From Cenarchaeum sp. (GTDB lineage Archaea > Thermoproteota > Nitrososphaeria > Nitrososphaerales > Nitrosopumilaceae), in the NCBI GenBank assembly GCA_965242695.1, contig CBDESU010000001.1, positions 832,001 to 896,000 of the forward strand: DNA of 64,000 nucleotides. The letters run 5' to 3'. The notes beneath the pieces are model-generated. The model did no database searches. It was not told where the DNA came from and worked only from the letters and a program-made list of their open reading frames with translations. The position numbers and the translations under genes were made by a program. Shown here in pieces: positions 40,461 through 49,686 of the stretch (position 1 is its first letter; each line of letters starts with the position of its first letter).

Positions 40461-41147
40461 ATGGCGCAGACCGCCGACTGCCGCCTGTGCGGCCGCAGCT
40501 TTGCGCGGCACGGCCGCCATGCCTACTGCAGGCGATGCGCCGCCAAGGCCGACAGGGCGATCGCCCGGGATCTGCGCGTGGACTGCAAGGAGTGCGGCAA
40601 GCCGTTCCAGACGGACAACCGGAGCGTCCGCTACTGCTCGGATGCATGCCGCGCCGATGCCAAGCGGCGGAGCGCCCGTGAGCATGGGCGCAGGCAGTTG
40701 ATGGATCCAAGGAGGCGAGCCATTGCAGCGGCGCGCGTCAGGGCGATCGTGGCCCGGCGCAGGGTCGGGGACGCAGGCGGGTCGCCCAAGCGGCGGCGGA
40801 AGCAGGCAGATGGCGGCACTGCCATGTCTAGGACGCTGACCTGCAAGCTGTGCGGCCGCAGCTTTGAGCTGCGCGGCATGGGCATCCGATCGTACTGCAA
40901 GCGGTGCGTCGCCATGGCGGACAGGGAGGCTGCCAGGAAGCCGCGCAGGCAGTGCAAGGAGTGCGGCAAGAAGTTTGACTCGAAGGCGCATTTTGTCCTC
41001 TACTGCTCGGACGAGTGCCGCGCCAAGGTCGCGCGTCGCCGCGAGCGCAGGAGCAACCGCCGCCGCTCGGCCGACCCTGAAAAGAGCGCCATTGCGGCGG
41101 CGCGAAGCAGGGCCTACCGCGGCGGCCGGAAGGCGCGGCGCGCATAG
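40461..41147 (+). CDS. Double-module Cys-rich zinc-finger protein (family member)
   Basis: Two modules; CTTATA box 29 nt upstream; linker contains PKRRRK. Confidence 0.85.
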   Translation: MAQTADCRLCGRSFARHGRHAYCRRCAAKADRAIARDLRVDCKECGKPFQTDNRSVRYCSDACRADAKRRSAREHGRRQLMDPRRRAIAAARVRAIVARRRVGDAGGSPKRRRKQADGGTAMSRTLTCKLCGRSFELRGMGIRSYCKRCVAMADREAARKPRRQCKECGKKFDSKAHFVLYCSDECRAKVARRRERRSNRRRSADPEKSAIAAARSRAYRGGRKARRA

Positions 41148-41230
41148 CGCGCGCGGCGCGCAGCGGCGGCTACGGCGCGCCCTTTTGCCCCCCTGCAAGC
41201 GGTTATTAGGGGCCGGCCACGACTCTTGCC

Positions 41231-41314
41231 GCCAGGTTAGCCAAGTGGTACGGCGACCGACTCGAGATCGGTTGCGCTCTGCGTTCAGGGGTTCGAATCC
41301 CTTACCTGGCGCCA
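41231..41314 (+). tRNA. tRNA-Ser(CGA)
   Basis: Acceptor stem GCCAGGT/ACCTGGC, anticodon arm ACCGA-CTCGAGA-TCGGT, long variable arm, GGTTCGAATCC T-loop, G discriminator, encoded CCA. Confidence 0.97.
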
Positions 41315-41729
41315 CCTTCGCTACCGCGCCAACCTGCGCAGTCCGGCCGGCCGGCCGTCGGGCCGGCCGGGCACACCGCGACGCCGCCCCCTACCCGGGC
41401 AGGCCCTCCACGGCCCTTGCCAGCCAGTAGGCCTCGGTCTCGGCGAGCTCGGCGCTGCGAAACCCCGACAGGAGCGATCGCGCCCCGCCCCTCGTCAGCG
41501 CGTACTCGGCGCCGGGGCAGAAGTCGCTCCGCGGAAGCTGCGCAAAGAACCTGCCGCCCTCCCTCAGCACCCTGGCCGCCTCGGCCGCGTACGACGCCTG
41601 CACCTGCCGCGGCATGTGCTGGAACGCCAACTCGGAGTAGACGACGTCGAACGAGCCGCCGGCGAACATGCCGAGCGTCCTGCCGTTGTTGACATGGAAC
41701 GTCGCGTTGCGAACGCCCCTATGCCCCTC

Positions 41730-41827
41730 CGACTGTCGATAAAGTCCTTTTCTAGGGCCGTCTTGTCGTCATCCTTGACCGTTGCCACGCACATCTTTTT
41801 GTGTACATCCACCCATACGTGGATCAT
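41730..41827 (-). mobile_element. IS110-family transposase N-terminal remnant
   Basis: MIHVWVDVHKKMCVATVKD resembles the first DEDD motif; purine-rich SD-like sequence upstream. Confidence 0.6.
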
Positions 41828-41861
41828 CCTCTCACCACCCTTGCGATCATGTTGGGGTTTT

Positions 41862-42313
41862 TCAAGGCCTGGTTGAGCGGAAGACTCCATTCACCGTCTG
41901 TGCGGTATACCTTCGTCCGCTTGATACCTGGGTCAGGCTCCCAGACACCCTCGTACGGGGTAAGTTCATGACGACCCTTAGGCCCATGGCCCGGAGCGCA
42001 GAAGCCCTGTTTGCTAGGCTTGACATGAAGGCTCCCATCTTTTTTAACTCGGCAATGACCAGGTCCTGTTCGCCGGCGACGATCTTGAGCGACTCGATCT
42101 CCTTGGCCTGCGCCTTGGCCGAATCGCTCCTGCCGCTGCCTCCCATGCCGGCAATCTCCCTCTTGCCGGCGTCCATGAGCCCCTTGCTCCAGTTGTCGAA
42201 CGCGGTCGGCGAGACGCCGTGCTTGCGGCATATCCCTGCCACGCCGATGTTCGTCGAGAGGTACCCGACCACATGTCTACCCGCTCCCTGGCGGTCCACC
42301 GCCTGTGCGTCAT
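41862..42313 (-). mobile_element. IS3-family OrfA-like remnant (HTH + coiled coil)
   Basis: RRWTARE..VAGICRKHGVSPTAFDNW..EIESLK..ELKK; A6G slippery-type motif near 42039-42045 (-); frameshift near 42275; no integrase core. Confidence 0.7.
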
Positions 42314-42379
42314 TTTTTCGCCTCCCCGGCGCCCCCATGGCTCTCAACCCCTTCCATTCCGATCGTTCTCACTCTACGG

Positions 42380-42700
42380 GGGCCCTCGACACTCGGGCGA
42401 AGAACTGTCGATCCTTGGCGACGTATCCGATGCCCTTGACAACGTGTGCGCGTCCCTGCACATGGAGATGCGCAGGCGTCGAGCGCCAGCTACTTGTGGT
42501 GCGCCATCCGCGAGCGGATCGACAGAGCCGAGTCGCTGAGGGCTGAAATTCCTGCAAGCCAGCGCCATGCGGCGCTGGAATGCTTGGCCGTTTGCGTGCA
42601 GGGCGCTATCGCCAGCCTTAAAAATAGCCCTGTGCGCCTGCGCAGCATGGCGGACATGCACGGCATGAGCGCGTTCGAGTTGGAGGGCGGCTGGCGATGA
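42380..42700 (+). pseudogene. Degenerate first copy of the two-gene unit at 42697-43343
   Basis: SILGDVSDAL..VCASL and YL.CAIRE.IDRA.SL.AEIP..QRHA.LE are both repeated; this copy is 5'-truncated and its second start codon is lost. Confidence 0.7.
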
Positions 42701-43104
42701 GCGTCATGGGCATGCTCGGCACCAACCTCAGCTGCGCGACGCGGGTGCACAGGCCGTACCGGGATGCCCTGAGGGCCATCAAGTCGCGCGGCGGCTTCGT
42801 GGAGCGGCCGGACGAGGCCAAGAGCCTCTTGGCCGTACTGACCCCTCTGTGCCACCACCTCGGGGGCAAGGCCTACTTTTCACTTGGCGTCAACGGCGAG
42901 GAAATGTCCAAGTTTCTGTACCTCCGCCACCGCGAAGGCTGGCTTGGCGCAAGGGACGGCATACTGTCCGTCAGGGCCAGGCTCGAGGAGGTCTCCGGCG
43001 AGCGGATGGAACTCTCCGGCGAGGACGCATCGATCCTCGGCGACGTCTCGGATGCCCTTGGTAGCGTCTGCGCGTCCCTGTTCGAGAGGATGTACAGACT
43101 ATGA
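42697..43104 (+). CDS. Hypothetical protein (135 aa)
   Basis: ATGA overlaps at both ends; partial paralog immediately upstream. Confidence 0.7.
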   Translation: MSVMGMLGTNLSCATRVHRPYRDALRAIKSRGGFVERPDEAKSLLAVLTPLCHHLGGKAYFSLGVNGEEMSKFLYLRHREGWLGARDGILSVRARLEEVSGERMELSGEDASILGDVSDALGSVCASLFERMYRL

Positions 43105-43343
43105 ATACCGGCTACTTGAGGTGCGCCATCCGCGAGCAGATCGACAGGGCCGGGTCCCTGAAGGCCGAAATTCCTGACAGGCAGCGGCATGCGTCGTTGG
43201 AGCTGCTAGCCACCTGGTGCAGGGACATGTTTGCGCCGATGAGCAACAGGGCGCGGACGGGATCGGCCGCCGTTCCGCCGGCGGGCAGCGGCAGGACTAG
43301 TATGCGGGAGGAGAATCCCCGTTCGCATGGCGAACACCGCTAG
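43101..43343 (+). CDS. Hypothetical protein (80 aa)
   Basis: ATGA-coupled to the previous gene; paralog at ~42480-42700. Confidence 0.6.
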   Translation: MNTGYLRCAIREQIDRAGSLKAEIPDRQRHASLELLATWCRDMFAPMSNRARTGSAAVPPAGSGRTSMREENPRSHGEHR

Positions 43344-43449
43344 CGAGGATGCCGAAGAGGTCGTCTACATCGACGGCGAGCGGATCGAGATCGCCGGCAC
43401 GTACCCCGACGTAGAGTCCACCATAAAGGCCCTGCACGAGGGCGGGTAG
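43327..43449 (+). CDS. Small acidic hypothetical protein (40 aa)
   Basis: MANTASEDAEEVVYIDGERIEIAGTYPDVESTIKALHEGG*; host-like codon usage; below the ORF-track cutoff. Confidence 0.4.
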   Translation: MANTASEDAEEVVYIDGERIEIAGTYPDVESTIKALHEGG

Positions 43450-43948
43450 TGCGATGCCCCTGTTGTGCTCGCGCGCCTTGGCGATCATATCGGGGACAAA
43501 GTCGGCGCCGTGGTACTCGGCGACCTGCCTGCACATCCTGCCCATTCCGCAGGCAAGGTCCAGGACGACCGTGCGGGGCCCGAGCTCCGATGCGTCAAAG
43601 TGGACGCCCCCCCCCGACTGAACTGCTCGAGGGTGAACCCGTCGCATATTGCATGGACGGCGGCCTCTGCGCTCCCGCCTGCCGCCTCTTCCCAGTATCC
43701 CCTGGTGAGGGATCGATTGCGGGGGCCGCGCCCCAGCCGGGCAAGCAGTCTGCCGGCAATGGCCATGCGCCCGCGCCTTGGGGCCGCATGTATGAGCATA
43801 ACCGGAGGCGGCCTGCCGAGCCCGGCGCCGGCTGCGGGAGGACGCCCCTCATGCGGCCCCGGGCGATCGGCGCGGCGTTGCTCCCGCGGCGCCCGCGGCC
43901 TTCCGCACCCCTGAAGCGTTAAATTACTCCTAGGCGCGGGCGCGCCCG

Positions 43949-44977
43949 TTGGGAAGGTGGGAGCGCGAGGATGCCGGGCGCGAGGATGATCGCCCCGGAC
44001 AGTACATGGACTCCAACATCCAGGAACTCCTCGACGAAGGGGACGTCCAGGGGGCCCTGGACCTGGCCAACCAGAACGTCCTGCACGCCCCGGGCAGCGC
44101 CGCTGCCTGGATCGACAAGGGCGACGTGCTGTACGACATGGGCAGGTACTACGAGGCCGCCGCCGCCTACGACAAGTCGCTAGAGATCAACCCCGAGCAG
44201 CCCGAGCTGCTCACCAAGAAGGGCCTCATGCACGAGACGCTCCACGACTACGGCAGCGCCCTGCTCTGCTACGCGCGCGCCCTGCGCCTAGAGCCCGAGG
44301 ATATGGTGGCGGCTACCAAGAAGGCGCACTGCCTCCTGCACGTCGGCGGGGGCAAGGACGGCGAGGATCCCGTCGCCGAGTCCATTGCGATGTGCGAAAA
44401 GATCATAAAGGCCGACGACGGGGACATCGACGTGCTGCGCGTCTACTACGAGGCGCTCGGCCTGGCCCGCCGCAACCTGGACGCGCTTGCGGTGGCGACG
44501 AGGATGCTCGAGATCGACCCCGCCGATGCCGACCACTGGTCGTTCAGGTCCGAGCAGCTTGCAATCCTGGGCAGGCACGATGCCGCCCTGTCCGCGGCCG
44601 ACGGGGCCATACGGGCCGACCCGTCTAGCGCGCAGGCAAGGGTGGCGCGGGGCATAGCCCTGGCGGGGCTGGACAGGCACGCCGAGGCGCTCGAGTCGTT
44701 CGACGATGCGATCTCGCTGGATCCGGGGATGGGCCAGGCGTGGGCCGGCAGGGCCGCCAGCCTGGCTGGGTCGGGCAAGCACGGCGAGGCGGCCGATGCG
44801 ATGTTCGTGGCCATATCGGTCGACCCGGGGAACGCGACGGCGCTCGACGATCCCCTCTGGAAGAGCATGCGCGAGGGGATCGTAAAGCGGCTCGGCGGGC
44901 GCGGCGCGCTGAGGCGCCGCATGGCCGGCGGCCGCGTCGCCTCGCTCCTGAGGTACGGGTCGGGCGCGAGCACTTAA
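43949..44977 (+). CDS. Tetratricopeptide repeat protein
   Basis: AWIDKGDVLYDMGRYYEAAAAYDKSLEINP-type repeats; TTTAAA box ~29 nt before TTG. Confidence 0.92.
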   Translation: MGRWEREDAGREDDRPGQYMDSNIQELLDEGDVQGALDLANQNVLHAPGSAAAWIDKGDVLYDMGRYYEAAAAYDKSLEINPEQPELLTKKGLMHETLHDYGSALLCYARALRLEPEDMVAATKKAHCLLHVGGGKDGEDPVAESIAMCEKIIKADDGDIDVLRVYYEALGLARRNLDALAVATRMLEIDPADADHWSFRSEQLAILGRHDAALSAADGAIRADPSSAQARVARGIALAGLDRHAEALESFDDAISLDPGMGQAWAGRAASLAGSGKHGEAADAMFVAISVDPGNATALDDPLWKSMREGIVKRLGGRGALRRRMAGGRVASLLRYGSGAST

Positions 44978-45001
44978 TACCGCATGCGGCCGCGCACCGC
45001 C

Positions 45002-45241
45002 ATGTCGCAGGAGAATGGCCCGCGAAAGCTCGACGCGACGGGCCTGTTCTGCCCCGAGCCGGTATTTCGCACAAAGATAGAGATCGAGCGCATGCAGGTC
45101 GGCGAGGTGCTGTGCGTGCGCGCCGACGATCCGGCCGCCGAGGACGACATTTCGCGGTGGGCGAGCCGGACGGGGCACGAGCTGGTCTCTACCTCAAAGG
45201 ACGGCGCCGTCGTGGAGCTGTCGATCAGGAAGGCAAAGTAG
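45002..45241 (+). CDS. tusA: TusA/SirA-family sulfurtransferase
   Basis: LDATGLFCPEPV, ADDPAAEDDI..W. Confidence 0.92.
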   Translation: MSQENGPRKLDATGLFCPEPVFRTKIEIERMQVGEVLCVRADDPAAEDDISRWASRTGHELVSTSKDGAVVELSIRKAK

Positions 45242-45492
45242 CAGAGCCGGCAGTGCGGCCGCAGGCCGCTCCGTCTCGGATCGTTTTCAGGCACTCCTCC
45301 CCGCGCCAGAGCGCGCACGGGGGGGGGGGGGGGGGGGGTGGTAGCCACGGCCGCCTGCATGCCGGGGAACAGAGCGGGGCGGGGCGCCGGCATGCGGCAG
45401 GCCGGGGTCGCCGCCCATGCCCCTCCCCCCGCGCACGCCTGCGGCGGCGGCCCGCCGCCAACGGGCATCCTGACGGTACAGGCCAGGACTGG

Positions 45493-45858
45493 CTACTGCG
45501 GGAACGGAAGCTCGTCCTCGATCCGGCGCAGCTTCTCGTCGGCCGCCCTGCGGTGGCCGTCGCTGTACCTGTACCCCTCGCGGTACCTGGCCCGAATGCT
45601 CATCGCGTAGAGGTTTCTGTAGTCCTTGCACACCTGCGGCAGCTCGCGCTCGACCTGCCGGTTCCTCTCGGAATGGTTCTCGGGGGCCCGCCCTGTCAGC
45701 ACGACCAGCTCGTAGTTTATCCTGTGCAGGCCAGAGTAGAACAGCACGTTGACCTTCCAGTCGTGTGCATCATCTGGCCGAGTAGCCTGAATCCATTCGT
45801 AGATGCCCCGATTGTACTCGCTCTGCTTCCGGTACCATTCGGCTGTGGGGGCCGTCAT
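45493..45858 (-). CDS. HEPN-domain protein (putative toxin)
   Basis: DW....FYS.LH, P.NH.ER, LY..S..ARY pattern; overlaps the upstream partner gene. Confidence 0.7.
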   Translation of the reverse strand: MTAPTAEWYRKQSEYNRGIYEWIQATRPDDAHDWKVNVLFYSGLHRINYELVVLTGRAPENHSERNRQVERELPQVCKDYRNLYAMSIRARYREGYRYSDGHRRAADEKLRRIEDELPFPQ

Positions 45859-46106
45859 TGACGCGCCTCCCGCTCGTATATCACCTTGCTGTCGGCAAGG
45901 ATGCCCTCGGGCAGGTCGGGGCCGTCGTTGATTTCCAGCGCGGTGATCATGCGATCGGGCACCTTGTGCTCGATCTCTATGCTCCTGTCCCCAATCTCGT
46001 CGATCGTCTTGGACACCCTGCCAGGGTCGTCGTCGTGGACGACCAGGACGGTCACTTCCCGTCCGTCGTCGATGTACCGACCCTCATGACGTAGCCTAGG
46101 GTGCAT
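45855..46106 (-). CDS. Degenerate minimal nucleotidyltransferase (MNT)-like partner
   Basis: VTVLVV.D core and a C-terminal SKVIYER typical of MNTs; GS motif absent, so possibly truncated. Confidence 0.5.
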   Translation of the reverse strand: MHPRLRHEGRYIDDGREVTVLVVHDDDPGRVSKTIDEIGDRSIEIEHKVPDRMITALEINDGPDLPEGILADSKVIYEREARQ

Positions 46107-46278
46107 ATCCTGTCGAGTATGAGCGACTCTAGCCTTGACACTTGGACAGTCGACATCGGCGGCGCGCCGAGGCGCCCCCTGTTAAGGGTTGCTGGGCTGG
46201 ATGCACCGCGAATCGCACCCCCTCCGCCCCCACCCCTCCCACCGCCAGTCTTATAGCGGACGGCCTGGTGCGCGGCGC

Positions 46279-47058
46279 ATGGTCGTGCTGATCGCCTGCA
46301 AGCTGTGCGGCCGCAACTTCAAGCTGCACGGCGGCGGCCACGTCTCCTACTGCAACAGGTGCATGGAGAGGGCCGGCGGGAAGCTCCACAGGGTACAGAG
46401 CCTGAAGTGCGCTGTGTGCGGCAAGGGATTTTCCGCGTCCACGTCCCTCGCCCGCTACTGCTCGGACGGGTGCCGCGCCGAGGGCAGGCGCCGCTCCTAC
46501 CGCGAGTGCTATCGCAGGCGCATGGCCGACCCCGAGAAGCGCGCCCTGGTGCGGGCGCGCGGGAGGGTGGCGGCCGCCGCACTTGCGGCCCGGAAGAGGG
46601 GCGGGCGGGGGCGGGGGCGGCCGCAAGCCGGCAGGGGCGCAGCAAGCCCGCCGCGCAGCGCGGAGGGGATCGCGGTCGCCTGCGACCTGTGCGGCCGCAA
46701 CTTTGTGCCGCGCGGCCGCGCCAGCCCTCTGTACTGCGGGCGATGCACGGCCAGGTCCGAGAGGGAGCTTGCCCGGGTGCTGCGCGTAAAGTGCAAGGAG
46801 TGCGGCAGGACGTTTTCCACGAAGGACCGCATCGTCCGCTACTGCTCGGACGAGTGCAGCGCCGCGGGCGTGCGGCGCGGCCGCCTCGAGAGCGTCCGCA
46901 GGCGCATGCCCGACCCCCAGAGGCGCGCCGTCGCGGCGGCGCGCACGAGGGCGTGGAACGCGGCCCAGAAGGACAAGGCGGGAAGGCGCCGCGGGCGGCC
47001 GCGCGCGCAGCGCCCCGCCGGATCGCCTCCCGACAAGCCGGCGCGCGGCCGGCGCTGA
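46279..47058 (+). CDS. Double-module Cys-rich zinc-finger protein (family member)
   Basis: Two modules; promoter CCGCCAGTCTTATAG at 46242-46256. Confidence 0.85.
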   Translation: MVVLIACKLCGRNFKLHGGGHVSYCNRCMERAGGKLHRVQSLKCAVCGKGFSASTSLARYCSDGCRAEGRRRSYRECYRRRMADPEKRALVRARGRVAAAALAARKRGGRGRGRPQAGRGAASPPRSAEGIAVACDLCGRNFVPRGRASPLYCGRCTARSERELARVLRVKCKECGRTFSTKDRIVRYCSDECSAAGVRRGRLESVRRRMPDPQRRAVAAARTRAWNAAQKDKAGRRRGRPRAQRPAGSPPDKPARGRR

Positions 47059-47227
47059 AAGGCGCGCCGAAGGATCGGCGCGCGAGGGGGCGCGGGCCGC
47101 GCCCCGCCGTGCCCGGAAACGGGCGGCGCGCCAGGGGCAGTGGCGGCTGCGGCGGCGGCCGTACTCCATGCGCGCCTCGCGCGGGGGACTCGCCAGTCCT
47201 ATGACGCAGAATTCGATGCGCGGCGCG

Positions 47228-47483
47228 TTGGCCATGCCGGCCATGTGCAGGGCGTGCGGGCGCAGCCTTGACGCCTAACTGCAGGGAGTGCGGCAAAAAG
47301 TTCCCTGCGTCCGGCCGCCGCGCCCGCTGCTGCCCAAAGGGGTGCCGCGCCGCCGCCAGGAGGCGCAAGAGCCTGGAGTCTGCCCACAGGAGCATGGAGG
47401 ATCCAGAGAAGCACGCAGCGATGCTGGCGCGAGCAGGGGCGTGGAATGCCGCCCACAGGAACGAGGGGGGGGGGGGCGGGTGA
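47228..47483 (+). pseudogene. Zinc-finger family pseudogene (single module, internal deletion)
   Basis: Degenerate promoter at 47191; TTG in place of ATG; CRACGRSL, stop, then CRECGKKF..DPEK in another frame; G12 at the 3' end. Confidence 0.75.
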
Positions 47484-47569
47484 CCGGGCGGCGCCGGCGG
47501 CATCGGCGCCCGCGCCCGCCTCATGGCCAGGCCGGCCAATATTATACCCCGCAATCCGCGCGCGGCGCG

Positions 47570-48286
47570 ATGGGCAGGTCGACCGCGTGCGGGCTGTGCG
47601 GCCGCTCGTTTGCGCCGTACGGGGGCGTCAGCCACCACGCCTACTGCGAACGGTGCACGGCCAAGGCCGACAGGGAGGTCGCCGGCGTGCAGCGCATCGA
47701 GTGCAGGGAGTGCGGCAAAAAGTTTCCCTCTAGTACGCGCTCCGTCAGGTACTGCTCGGATGCGTGCCGCGCCTCTAGCAGGCGCCGCCTCAACGCCGAG
47801 GCCCAGCGCAGGTACATGGCCGACCCCGAGAAGCGCGCCATGTCGCTGGCCCGGACAAGGACCTCCTCGGCCGCGCGCAAGGCCAGGGCGCAGGGAAAAA
47901 AGCGGCCGCCCGCCGGGCGCAGCCCCAGCACCGCCGGGCGCAGCCCGCGCGGCGCAAAAAGGCCGGCGCCGTCAACGTGCCGGCTGTGCGGGCGCACGTT
48001 CGCGCAGTACGGCTACCACCGAACCAACTACTGCAAGCGGTGCAGGGCCAGGATCGACCGGAAGATCAGCACCGTACTGGACGTGGGCTGCAGGGAGTGC
48101 GGCAAGAGGTTTTCCACGAAAAACCCCCTGGCAAAGTACTGCTCCGTGGAATGCCGCAACGCGGCCAGGAGGCACAAGAGCCGCGGGGTATCGCGCAGGA
48201 TCACGGCCAGCCCCGAAGAGTACGCCAGAATGCTGGCGCGGCATAGGGCGTGGGATGCCGCCAACAGGAACAAGGGGGGCAGGTGA
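47570..48286 (+). CDS. Double-module Cys-rich zinc-finger protein (family member)
   Basis: Two modules; TTATA box 28 nt upstream. Confidence 0.85.
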   Translation: MGRSTACGLCGRSFAPYGGVSHHAYCERCTAKADREVAGVQRIECRECGKKFPSSTRSVRYCSDACRASSRRRLNAEAQRRYMADPEKRAMSLARTRTSSAARKARAQGKKRPPAGRSPSTAGRSPRGAKRPAPSTCRLCGRTFAQYGYHRTNYCKRCRARIDRKISTVLDVGCRECGKRFSTKNPLAKYCSVECRNAARRHKSRGVSRRITASPEEYARMLARHRAWDAANRNKGGR

Positions 48287-48412
48287 CAGTGCCGCGGCGG
48301 CGCCCGCGAGGATCGCCGGATCGGCGCCCCCTCCCCGCGCGCTTCTTCTGGCGGGGCAGGGAGGGGGGCGGGGAGCCTGCCGATATTGTGCCCCCTGCTC
48401 GGGCGCGGCGCG

Positions 48413-49129
48413 ATGGCCAGGCCGGCCGCGTGCCGGCTGTGCGGGCGCGGCTTTGAGCGGCGCGAGCGCCACGGCCGCCGCGTCTATTGCGAGCAGTGCA
48501 CGGCCAGGGCCGACAAGGCGATCGCCGGGAAGCTGCACGTCAAGTGCAAGGAATGCGGCAAGGCGCTTGCCACGACCAGCCACCGCGTCCGGTACTGCTC
48601 AAAGGCGTGCAGCGCCGAGTACGCTCGGCACTACAACCGCGAATACCAGCGAAAGGCCCTGGCCGATCCGGCGAAGCGCGCCATAATCCTGGCGCGCGTG
48701 AGGGCATCGGCAGCGGCCCGCGCGGCCCGCAAGAGGGGCGGGAGGCCGCTGCAGCGCCAGGCTCCTATGCGCGTGGACCCGGACGCCGAGCCGTCGACGT
48801 GCAGGCTGTGCGGGCGCAGCTTTGCGCAGTACGGGAACACCAACCGCCACGCCTACTGTAGGCAGTGCACGGCCAGGGCCAACAAGGCGATCACCGAGAA
48901 GCTGCACGTCAAGTGCAAGGAATGCGGCAAGGAGTTCACCACGACCAACCGCTCCGCCCGCTACTGCTCGGACGAGTGCCGCACCGATGGCACGCGGCGC
49001 AGCCGCCGCGAGTGCCGCCTCAGGCGCATGGCCGATCCGGAGAAGCGCGCCACCGCGGCGGCGTACGCGCGGGCGCAGAGCGCCGCCCGCAAGGTGGAGA
49101 AGCAGGGCGATGCGGGCCGCGCCGCCTGA
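48413..49129 (+). CDS. Double-module Cys-rich zinc-finger protein (family member)
   Basis: Two modules; central part closely matches 14113-14811. Confidence 0.85.
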   Translation: MARPAACRLCGRGFERRERHGRRVYCEQCTARADKAIAGKLHVKCKECGKALATTSHRVRYCSKACSAEYARHYNREYQRKALADPAKRAIILARVRASAAARAARKRGGRPLQRQAPMRVDPDAEPSTCRLCGRSFAQYGNTNRHAYCRQCTARANKAITEKLHVKCKECGKEFTTTNRSARYCSDECRTDGTRRSRRECRLRRMADPEKRATAAAYARAQSAARKVEKQGDAGRAA

Positions 49130-49201
49130 TCGCCACCCTTGCCCGCGCATCCGCCGCGTCCGCCCGCCGGTCTCATACCCGCATATCTGATGCGCGGTGC
49201 G

Positions 49202-49367
49202 ACGGCCGGGCGGATCGCATGCGGGATGCGCGGGCGCGGCCTTGAGCGGCACGGCACCGGCGGTGGCCGCCGCGTCTACAAGGAGCGCACCGCTAGGGCC
49301 GGCAAGGCGATCGCCCGGACACCATTCGCGCAGTGCAGGGAGCGCGGCGGCAAGTTTTCGGCGCCCC
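49202..49367 (+). pseudogene. Zinc-finger family pseudogene truncated at the tandem array
   Basis: ACG at the ATG position; several Cys codons mutated (CGMRGR, YKERTA, CRERGGKF); ends where the 34-bp repeat begins. Confidence 0.75.
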
Positions 49368-49658
49368 GCAGGGTATGTTATATGTACGGTGGCGCCGTTA
49401 AGCAGGGTATGTTATATGTACGGTGGCGCCGTTAAGCAGGGTATGTTATATGTACGGTGGCGCCGTTAAGCAGGGTATGTTATATGTACGGTGGCGCCGT
49501 TAAGCAGGGTATGTTATATGTACGGTGGCGCCGTTAAGCAGGGTATGTTATATGTACGGTGGCGCCGTTAAGCAGGGTATGTTATATGTACGGTGGCGCC
49601 GTTAAGCAGGGTATGTTATATGTACGGTGGCGCCGTTAAGCAGGGTATGTTATATGTA
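49368..49658. repeat. Perfect tandem repeat, 34-bp unit x 8 plus 19 bp
   Basis: Unit GCAGGGTATGTTATATGTACGGTGGCGCCGTTAA at 49368, 49402, 49436, 49470, 49504, 49538, 49572, 49606, partial at 49640; no spacers. Confidence 0.97.
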
Positions 49659-49686
49659 TATAAGGCCTGTTGTGGGGGTAGCGCGC

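Larger units (their letters stand above)
41391..43766 (-). pseudogene. Class I SAM-dependent methyltransferase split by a ~1.7-kb insertion
   Basis: N-part 43456-43766 (VLDLACGMGR, GADFVPDMIAKA; extra frameshift at C9 43607-43615) and C-part 41391-41720 (FDVVYS..FQH, RVLREGGRF). Confidence 0.8.

Noticed and set aside
13324-49367. Diversity-generating retroelement acting on the zinc-finger genes
   Set aside because: No reverse transcriptase in the window, and paralog differences include indels and are not visibly adenine-specific.
49368-49658. CRISPR array
   Set aside because: The 34-bp units are contiguous with no spacers, and there are no cas genes in the window.
49627-49686. N-terminal extension of the AAA+ ATPase from GTG 49627
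   Set aside because: It lies within the tandem repeat and upstream of the TATA box; ATG 49687 fits the promoter spacing.
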